This document shows, in pieces, positions 58,153-64,000 of a stretch of DNA of 64,000 nucleotides; positions within the stretch are counted from its first letter, which is position 1, and the number at the start of each line of letters is the position of its first letter. A program made the position numbers and the translations under genes. The stretch lies in the NCBI GenBank assembly GCA_963743205.1, contig CAVUOW010000004.1, positions 530,908 to 594,907 of the forward strand. Direction: 5' to 3'. Source of the stretch: Candidatus Aminicenantes bacterium (lineage in GTDB: Bacteria > Acidobacteriota > Aminicenantia > Aminicenantales > Saccharicenantaceae). Under the pieces are notes generated by a model. It saw only the letters and a program-made list of their open reading frames with translations, searched no databases and had not been told where the DNA came from.

Positions 58153-58324
58153 GGTGTCCATATCCTACGCATCATAATGAAAACTCCGCCTTGAGTAAAC
58201 ACGCGGCCCGCGTCGCGGACGGTCCCGCGCCAGGCCGCCGATTTGCCTTGCCCGCCGGTTTCTGGTAGATTAACCCTTCCCGGCGGGCGGCGGCGCCCAC
58301 CGAGAGACCCGAAAGGAACAACCG

Positions 58325-58492
58325 ATGGCCGACGAAAAGCAAGAAACGACGACTCCCAAAAGGAAAAAGATGAACGCCCTGACCCCGGCCGAGATCGAGG
58401 CCGAGCTCACCGAGTGCCGGGAAAAGCAGGGCGGGCTGACCTCGAAATACGCCCGTCAGCTCCTGGCCCGCAAAAGGGCCCTGTCCGCCTGA
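58325..58492 (+). CDS. Small hypothetical protein (55 aa)
   Basis: AAAGGA RBS, ATG, MADEKQETTTPKRKKMNALTPAEIEAELTECREKQGGLTSKYARQLLARKRALSA. Absent from the track only because it is under 60 aa. Confidence 0.3.
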   Translation: MADEKQETTTPKRKKMNALTPAEIEAELTECREKQGGLTSKYARQLLARKRALSA

Positions 58493-58538
58493 ATTCCCGG
58501 GACCTCCCCCCTGCCCAGCGCGGTAATTCCAGAAAATG

Positions 58539-58567
58539 TTGTCATTTCGCCAGATTTCTGTTAAAAT
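58539..58567 (+). promoter_or_regulatory. Sigma70-like promoter of rpsO (TTGTCA-17-TAAAAT)
   Basis: Near-consensus hexamers with 17-nt spacer, 34 nt upstream of the rpsO GTG start. Confidence 0.6.
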
Positions 58568-58600
58568 GACCCGGAAAAAACATCAGGAGAACAGAAAAGC

Positions 58601-58867
58601 GTGATTAGCAAGGAACAGAAGACGAAGATCGTCAAGGACAACCAGGCCCATCCCACCGACTCGGGGTCGCCTGAGGTCCAGGTCGCCTTGCTGACGGAGC
58701 GGATCAACCTGCTCGTCAAACACTTCGGCGACCACAAGAAAGACTTCCACTCCCGGTCCGGCCTCATGAAGCTGGTCGGGCAGAGAAAGCGGCTCCTCGA
58801 GTACATCAAGAACCAAGATGTCAGCCGCTACGAAAAGCTCATCCAGAAGCTCGGCCTGCGCAAGTAG
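58601..58867 (+). CDS. rpsO: 30S ribosomal protein S15
   Basis: 88 aa, conserved S15 sequence (…[38 protein letters not shown]..). Confidence 0.9.
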   Translation: MISKEQKTKIVKDNQAHPTDSGSPEVQVALLTERINLLVKHFGDHKKDFHSRSGLMKLVGQRKRLLEYIKNQDVSRYEKLIQKLGLRK

Positions 58868-58891
58868 GCCCGGCCTCCAAAGGAACCCCCC

Positions 58892-61072
58892 ATGTCCAAC
58901 ACTATCAGTCTAGAGATCAACAAGCGGACCCTCAGCATCGACATCGGCAAGATCGCCAAGCAGGCCGACGGCTCGGCCCTGCTGCGCTACGGCGACACGA
59001 TGATGCTCGTCACGGCCACCTCCCGCAAGGAGCTCAAGGAAGGCAAGGACTTCCTGCCCCTCATCGTCGACTATCGCGAGAACACCTACGCCGCGGGCAA
59101 GATCCCCGGCGGCTTCTTCAAGCGCGAAGGCCGGCCCTCGGAGCGGGAGATCCTTATTGCCCGCCTGATCGACCGGCCCATCCGGCCGCTCTTCCCCGAG
59201 GGCTACTTCTTCGACACGCAGATCGTCGGCCTGCTCCTCTCGGCCGACCTCGAAAACGAGCCCGACACGCTCGGCGTCATCGGCGCCTCGGCCGCCCTCT
59301 ACTTTTCCGACATCCCCTACACGACGCCCCTCGGCGCGGTCAAGGTCGGCCTCGTCGATGGTCAGTACGTCGTCAATCCGACCGACGGCGAACTCGACCG
59401 CAGCCCGATCAACATGACCGTCGTCAGCAACGAGAGCGGCATCATCATGATCGAAGCCGGGGCCCAGGAAGTCGAGGAGGATAAGCTCCTCGAAGCCCTG
59501 GCCCTGGCCCACGAGACGAACCAGCAGATCATCAAGGCCCAGAAGGACCTCTTCGCCAAGCTCGGCATCCAGAAGCGCGAGTTCACGCCCAAGGCCGTCG
59601 ACGCCGCGACGCTGGCCCAGGTCGAGCGCGAGCACGGTCCGGCCCTCCTCGAGGCCATGCAGGTCAAGGGCAAGAAGGCCAACGAGTCCGCCATCAAAGC
59701 CGTCCGCGAGGCCGCCCTGGCCCAGATCTCCGAAGAGAACCTCGAGGAGAAGCTCCGGACCAAGGAGTGCTTCACCAAGCTCGAAGAGAAGCTCTTCCGC
59801 GAGCTCATCCTCAAGAAGAAGCTCCGGACCGACGGCCGCGGCTTCGACGACATCCGGCCGATCACGGGCGAGGTCGGCCTCCTGACCCGGACCCACGGCT
59901 CGGCCCTGTTCACCCGCGGCGAGACGCAAGCCTTGGCCACCGTCACCCTGGGCACCTTCGAGGATGCCCAACGGCTCGACAGCCTGGGCGAGGAATCCAA
60001 AAAGCGGTTCATGCTCCATTATAATTTCCCGCCGTTCTCTGTCGGCGAGGTCGGCTTCCTGCGGGGCCCCGGGCGCCGCGAGATCGGGCACGGCGCTCTG
60101 GCCGAAAAATCGATCCTCCCCGCCATCCCCGATATGGACACCTTTCCCTATACGATCCGCATCGTCTCGGACATCCTGGAGAGCAACGGCTCCTCCTCGC
60201 AGGCGACGGTCTGCGGCGGCATCCTGGCGCTGATGGACGCCGGCGTCCCCCTGAAGATGATCGTGGCCGGGATCGCCATGGGTCTCGTGTCCGACTGCGG
60301 CGATTACGCCATCCTGACCGACATCGCCGGCCTCGAGGACCACTTCGGCGACATGGATTTCAAGATGGCCGGCACCGAAAAGGGCGTCACCGCCATCCAG
60401 CTCGACCTCAAGATCCCCTGCGTCACCCTGCCCATGCTCCGCGAGATCATGGCCAAGTCCAAGGCCGCCCGGCTCAAGATCCTGGCCAAGATGAAGGAGA
60501 CCATCGCCGAGCCCCGCAAGGACATCTCGGCGTATGCCCCGCGGATCATCATCCTCAACATCAACCCGGAAAAGGTCGGTGAGGTCATCGGACCCGCCGG
60601 CAAGATCATCAAGAAGATCATCAGCCAGACCGGGGCCAAGATCGATATCGAAGAAGACGGCAGGATCCTCATCGCCTCGACGGACATGTCCGCCGCGGAA
60701 GCCGCCAAGCAGATGATCCTCGACCTTACGGCCGAAGCCGAGCTGGGCAAGGTCTACACCGGCAAGGTCGTCCGCCTCGAGGAGTATGGCGCCTTTGTCG
60801 AGATCATGCCCAACCTCGTCGGCCTGCTCCACATCTCCGAGGTCGCGCCGTACCGGATCGCCAGCATCCACGACGTCCTCCATCTCGGCGACACGGTCAC
60901 GGTCAAGGTCGTCAACATCGACCCCGCCGACAACAAGATCCGCCTGAGCAAGAAGGCCTGCGAGGAAGGCGGAGGAGAGAATCCGGAATCGACGCCCCGC
61001 CCGGACGCCCCCCCGCGGCGCTATCCCCGGGAACACGGTCCGGACCATCGGGGCGGTCGCGGCCGGTTTTGA
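58892..61072 (+). CDS. pnp: Polynucleotide phosphorylase/polyadenylase
   Basis: 726 aa: two RNase PH domains, KH (…GKVIGPAGKIIKKI…) and S1 (GKVYTGKVVRLEEYGAFVEI) domains. Canonical rpsO-pnp order. Confidence 0.95.
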   Translation: MSNTISLEINKRTLSIDIGKIAKQADGSALLRYGDTMMLVTATSRKELKEGKDFLPLIVDYRENTYAAGKIPGGFFKREGRPSEREILIARLIDRPIRPLFPEGYFFDTQIVGLLLSADLENEPDTLGVIGASAALYFSDIPYTTPLGAVKVGLVDGQYVVNPTDGELDRSPINMTVVSNESGIIMIEAGAQEVEEDKLLEALALAHETNQQIIKAQKDLFAKLGIQKREFTPKAVDAATLAQVEREHGPALLEAMQVKGKKANESAIKAVREAALAQISEENLEEKLRTKECFTKLEEKLFRELILKKKLRTDGRGFDDIRPITGEVGLLTRTHGSALFTRGETQALATVTLGTFEDAQRLDSLGEESKKRFMLHYNFPPFSVGEVGFLRGPGRREIGHGALAEKSILPAIPDMDTFPYTIRIVSDILESNGSSSQATVCGGILALMDAGVPLKMIVAGIAMGLVSDCGDYAILTDIAGLEDHFGDMDFKMAGTEKGVTAIQLDLKIPCVTLPMLREIMAKSKAARLKILAKMKETIAEPRKDISAYAPRIIILNINPEKVGEVIGPAGKIIKKIISQTGAKIDIEEDGRILIASTDMSAAEAAKQMILDLTAEAELGKVYTGKVVRLEEYGAFVEIMPNLVGLLHISEVAPYRIASIHDVLHLGDTVTVKVVNIDPADNKIRLSKKACEEGGGENPESTPRPDAPPRRYPREHGPDHRGGRGRF

Positions 61073-61096
61073 TTTCTCCGGCCCTTGGCCTATAAT
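61069..61096 (+). promoter_or_regulatory. Sigma70-like promoter (TTGATT-16-TATAAT) overlapping the pnp stop, driving the pseudopilin genes
   Basis: Hexamers at 61069-61074 and 61091-61096. Followed by a perfect palindrome GCGAGGGCCCTCGC (61101-61114) in the 5' UTR. Confidence 0.5.
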
Positions 61097-61139
61097 TCAC
61101 GCGAGGGCCCTCGCGGCGGCGCGGCGGCCCGAGACGAAG

Positions 61140-61625
61140 ATGCTCCGCAAATACGACCGCCCGGGCTTCACCCTCGTCGAGATGATCGTCGCCCTTTCGA
61201 TCGTGGCCGTCCTGGCCATGCTGGCGCTTCCCCTCGGCAAGATGGCCGTCAAGCGGACCAACGAGATCGAGCTCCAGCGCGCCCTGCGGACCATGCGGGA
61301 GGCGATCGACGCCTACAAGAAGCTCGCCGACGAAAAGAAGTTCGAGGTCGATGAGGAGACCCAAGGCTACCCTCCGACCCTCGAGACCCTGGTCAAAGGG
61401 GTCGAGATCCAGGACAAGGACTCCAAGGGCAAGGCGGGGGCCAAGAAGACCGTCAAGTTCCTTCGCCGCATCCCCAAAGACCCCATGACCGATTCCTACG
61501 ACTGGGGGCTGAGGTCCTATCAGGACGATTTCGATTCGGATGCCTGGGGAGAGGAGAATGTCTACGATGTCTATACGAAGAGTCCGGCCATCGCCCTCGA
61601 CGGGACCAAGTACAAGGACTGGTGA
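61140..61625 (+). CDS. GspG-like type II secretion pseudopilin (prepilin N-terminal methylation motif)
   Basis: MLRKYDRPG|FTLVEMIVALSIVAVLA prepilin cleavage/methylation motif with Glu5. C-terminal …RRIPKDPMTDSYDW resembles GspG (…RRLP.DPWG.DY). Confidence 0.7.
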   Translation: MLRKYDRPGFTLVEMIVALSIVAVLAMLALPLGKMAVKRTNEIELQRALRTMREAIDAYKKLADEKKFEVDEETQGYPPTLETLVKGVEIQDKDSKGKAGAKKTVKFLRRIPKDPMTDSYDWGLRSYQDDFDSDAWGEENVYDVYTKSPAIALDGTKYKDW

Positions 61626-62013
61626 TCGCGGCTTCACGCTGATCGAGATCATCATCGTCCTCGGCATCATCGGGCTCCTGATCGGCGTGGCCCTTCCCAA
61701 CTACAAGTCGGCGACGGTCAAGGCTCGCGAGGCCGTGCTCAAGGAGAACCTGTACATCCTGCGCAAGCTCATCGACCAGTACGCCCAGGACAAGGGCAAG
61801 TACCCGGGGTCCCTCCAGGCCCTCGTCCAGGACAGCTACATCCGGTCCATCCCCGTCGACCCGATGACCCGGCTCTCGACGAGCTGGATCGAGGTCCGCG
61901 AGCTCCCCTCCCCCGAGGACCCGTTGCTGACCGAGATCCCCGGCGTCATCGACGTGAAATCCGGATCGGAAGGCAAGTCGCCCCTCGATGGATCGCCCTA
62001 CAACACCTGGTAA
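61567..62013 (+). CDS. Pseudopilin-like protein (GFTLIEIIIVL motif); start codon uncertain
   Basis: Frame has GDRG|FTLIEIIIVLGIIGLLIGVALP then a GspG-like body (…YP.SL..LV…IRSIPVDPMT). Nearest in-frame ATG (61567) gives an unusually long 21-aa leader and a 59-nt overlap with the previous gene. Confidence 0.5.
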   Translation: MSIRRVRPSPSTGPSTRTGDRGFTLIEIIIVLGIIGLLIGVALPNYKSATVKAREAVLKENLYILRKLIDQYAQDKGKYPGSLQALVQDSYIRSIPVDPMTRLSTSWIEVRELPSPEDPLLTEIPGVIDVKSGSEGKSPLDGSPYNTW

Positions 62014-62590
62014 CGGTCCCGGACGGCCGGGCTATGCCCTCATCATCCTGATGATGGCCGTTTTCGTCCTCAGCCTCGGCGCCCTCATCGCCCTGCCGCT
62101 ATGGCAGACCGAGCTCCAGCGCGAAAAGGAGGAGGAGCTGATCTTCCGCGGCAAGCAGTATGCCGAGGCCGTCCGCATTTTCGTCCAAAAGAACCCCGGC
62201 CGCTTTCCGGCCAGCTTGAAGGACCTCCTCGACAAGAAGTGCATCCGGCGCCTGTACAAGGACCCCTTCGGCCCCGACGGCCAATGGAACGTCGTTCTGG
62301 CCTCGACCGGCGCCTCGACGAGTTCCTCGGCCGGCTCCGCGATGGACGAGTCCGGCCGCACCTCCCCGGGGATGATGGGGGCCGGCCAGGCGGCCCAGGA
62401 GGTCCTGGTCGCGCCTGAACGCGTCCTCCCGGCCATCAAGGACCCCCGCGTCCTTGGCGTCGTCAGCTCGTCGAAGAGCAAGTCGATCAAGATCTACAAC
62501 GACCAGGAATCGCACGATAAGTGGCTGTTCTTTTTCGGGCAGGACCCCAAGAAGCCGCCGCGGATCGTCTACTACGGCGAGAAGCGCTGA
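61988..62590 (+). CDS. Pseudopilin-like/membrane-anchored protein lacking Glu5 (GYALIIL)
   Basis: N-terminal GYALIILMMAVFVLSLGALIALP hydrophobic helix, then a GspG-like periplasmic pattern (…KQYAEAVRIFVQKNPGRFPASLKDLL…DPFGPDGQWNV…), Ser-rich linker. Confidence 0.45.
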   Translation: MDRPTTPGNGPGRPGYALIILMMAVFVLSLGALIALPLWQTELQREKEEELIFRGKQYAEAVRIFVQKNPGRFPASLKDLLDKKCIRRLYKDPFGPDGQWNVVLASTGASTSSSAGSAMDESGRTSPGMMGAGQAAQEVLVAPERVLPAIKDPRVLGVVSSSKSKSIKIYNDQESHDKWLFFFGQDPKKPPRIVYYGEKR

Positions 62591-62608
62591 GCGCGACGCC
62601 GGCCGCCG

Positions 62609-63241
62609 TCAGGACGCCTTGACGAGCGGGACGAAGCGGACCCCGAGCAGCCTGTCCCGTTCGAACCCTTTTTTGACCCGGCGGACCAGGAAAAGCTCCT
62701 GAAGGTCCGTCCCCACGGGGACGATCATCCGCCCCCCCTGGGCGAGCTGATCCTCGAGCGCGGCCGGCATCCGGGGCGCGGCGGCGGTGACGATGATCGC
62801 GTCGAAAGGCGCCTCCTCGGGCCAGCCCTCCGAACCGTCGCCGACCCGGTAGTGGATGTTGGTGTAGCCGAGGCCGTCGAGGATGGCCCGGGCCCGCAGG
62901 GCGAGCGTCTCGACGATCTCGACCGTCCAGACCTGGCCGGCGATCTCGGCCACGACGGCGGTCTGATAGCCCGACCCGGTCCCGACCTCGAGGACCTTCT
63001 CGCCGCCCTCGAGCCCGAGCGCCTCGGTCATGTAGGCGACGATGTAGGGTTGGGAGATCGTCTGGCCTTCCCCGATCGGCAGGGGCTCGTCCGCGTAGGC
63101 GTGGGCCCGCAGGCCTTCCGGCATGAAGAGGTGGCGGGGGACCCTGGCCATGGCGGCCAAGACGAGAGGATCGCGGACCCCCCTGGCCCGGATCTGGGAC
63201 TCCGTCATCAGCCGACGCTCGCGGGCCTGGTCGCCGTCCAC
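62609..63241 (-). CDS. pcm: Protein-L-isoaspartate(D-aspartate) O-methyltransferase
   Basis: Collinear with E. coli Pcm (…QIRARGVRDPLVLAAMARVPRHLF…PIGEGQTISQPYIVAYMTE…VLEVGTGSGYQTAV…FDAIIVTAAAP…VRFVPLV). GTG start at complement 63239-63241 with GGAGGA 6 nt upstream; the RG-rich 5' extension of the track ORF is rejected. Confidence 0.85.
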   Translation of the reverse strand: MDGDQARERRLMTESQIRARGVRDPLVLAAMARVPRHLFMPEGLRAHAYADEPLPIGEGQTISQPYIVAYMTEALGLEGGEKVLEVGTGSGYQTAVVAEIAGQVWTVEIVETLALRARAILDGLGYTNIHYRVGDGSEGWPEEAPFDAIIVTAAAPRMPAALEDQLAQGGRMIVPVGTDLQELFLVRRVKKGFERDRLLGVRFVPLVKAS

Positions 63242-63257
63242 TGGCGGTCCTCCCCTC

Positions 63258-64000
63258 TTAATAGGCGCGGGCGAAATAGGCCAGGACTTGTCCCTTGGCG
63301 CCGCAGGCCACGCAGGGCTGGCTCGTCCCGGCTTCCTTATCGTCGAGCGGGATAACCCGGATCGTGGCCATCGTCTCGGCCTTGATCCTGGCCTCGCAGG
63401 CCTCGTCGCCGCACCAGGGCGCCCGAACGAAGCCGCGCTTGTTTTCGATGATGTCCTTGAAGGCGGTGTAATCGGCCGCGTCCCGGATGTTCGCTTCGAG
63501 AAAGGCCCGGGCCTGGGCCAGCAGTCCGGCCTGGATCTCGTCGAGGAGCGCAGGGACACGGGTCCCGAGCGAGGCCAGCGGCACGGTTTCCTTGGCCCGC
63601 GTATCGCGGCGGACGAGCACGGCCTGGCCGGCCTGGACGTCGCGGGGACCGATCTCGACCCGGAGGGGCACGCCCCGCATCTCGTATTCGGAGAACTTCC
63701 ACCCCGGTGTCGTTTCTTCGCGGGCATCGATGACGGCCCGGAGGCCGGCCTTTCGGAGCCCTTCGGCGACGGCCTCGGCGGTCGGGAGCACCGTTTCCCT
63801 CCACTTGCCGATCGAAATGGGCACGACCACGACCTGGACGGGGGCGATGCGGGGCGGGAAACGCAGGCCGGAATCGTCGCCGTGGACCATGATCAGGGCG
63901 CCGATCGTCCGGGTCGTCATGCCCCAGGAGGTCTGCCAGACGTACTGGAGCGTTTGACCGCGGTCCTCGAACTTGATGTCAAAGGCCTTCGAGAAGTGCT
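63258..64000 (-). CDS. proS: Prolyl-tRNA synthetase, archaeal/eukaryotic-type (C-terminal part; N-terminus beyond window end)
   Basis: Anticodon-binding domain (GALIMVHGDDSGLRFPPRIAPVQVVVVPI) and C-terminal zinc-binding domain ending …WCGDEACEARIKAETMATIRVIPLD…CVACGAKGQVLAYFARAY, characteristic of the archaeal-type ProRS. Confidence 0.8.
   Translation of the reverse strand, partial: HFSKAFDIKFEDRGQTLQYVWQTSWGMTTRTIGALIMVHGDDSGLRFPPRIAPVQVVVVPISIGKWRETVLPTAEAVAEGLRKAGLRAVIDAREETTPGWKFSEYEMRGVPLRVEIGPRDVQAGQAVLVRRDTRAKETVPLASLGTRVPALLDEIQAGLLAQARAFLEANIRDAADYTAFKDIIENKRGFVRAPWCGDEACEARIKAETMATIRVIPLDDKEAGTSQPCVACGAKGQVLAYFARAY

Noticed and set aside
58910-61048. 712-aa ORF on - strand
   Set aside because: Antisense to pnp.

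Overview
High-GC (~65-70%) bacterial chromosome segment with SD-type RBSs (GGAGG) and many secreted/lipoprotein hydrolases. Lineage cannot be assigned from sequence; an Acidobacteria-like Gram-negative is only a guess. I support about 50 protein genes, one tRNA-Arg(ACG), several promoters and terminators. No CRISPR array, IS element, transposase or integrase was seen. Main content: GH2/GH42/GH78 glycosidases; a rhamnose catabolic block (rhaB-rhaA ... GH78 rhamnosidase) with an embedded HEAT-repeat/HD-GYP signalling pair that shares an N-terminal domain; four aminotransferases of different fold classes; many peptidases (S9B, C69, M28, M24, S9, M23) and a D-aminoacylase; three tandem, translationally coupled alkaline-phosphatase-superfamily paralogs; two tandem ABC-2 transporters; rpsO-pnp followed directly by three GspG-like pseudopilin genes; pcm and an archaeal-type proS fragment. 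Notable oddities: (1) five single-base indel frameshifts, all in hydrolase genes (DPP-IV x1, C69 dipeptidase x3, D-aminoacylase x1), plus a possible sixth at the start of an adenylate-kinase-like gene; (2) a ~3.1 kb low-GC (~50%) island abutting the 3' end of tRNA-Arg, carrying PilZ, a small OMP, a PEGA lipoprotein and an unplaced protein, with a duplicated promoter module containing TTGACA direct repeats. Most long ORFs in the six-frame track are antisense or out-of-frame artefacts of the high GC content and were discarded.
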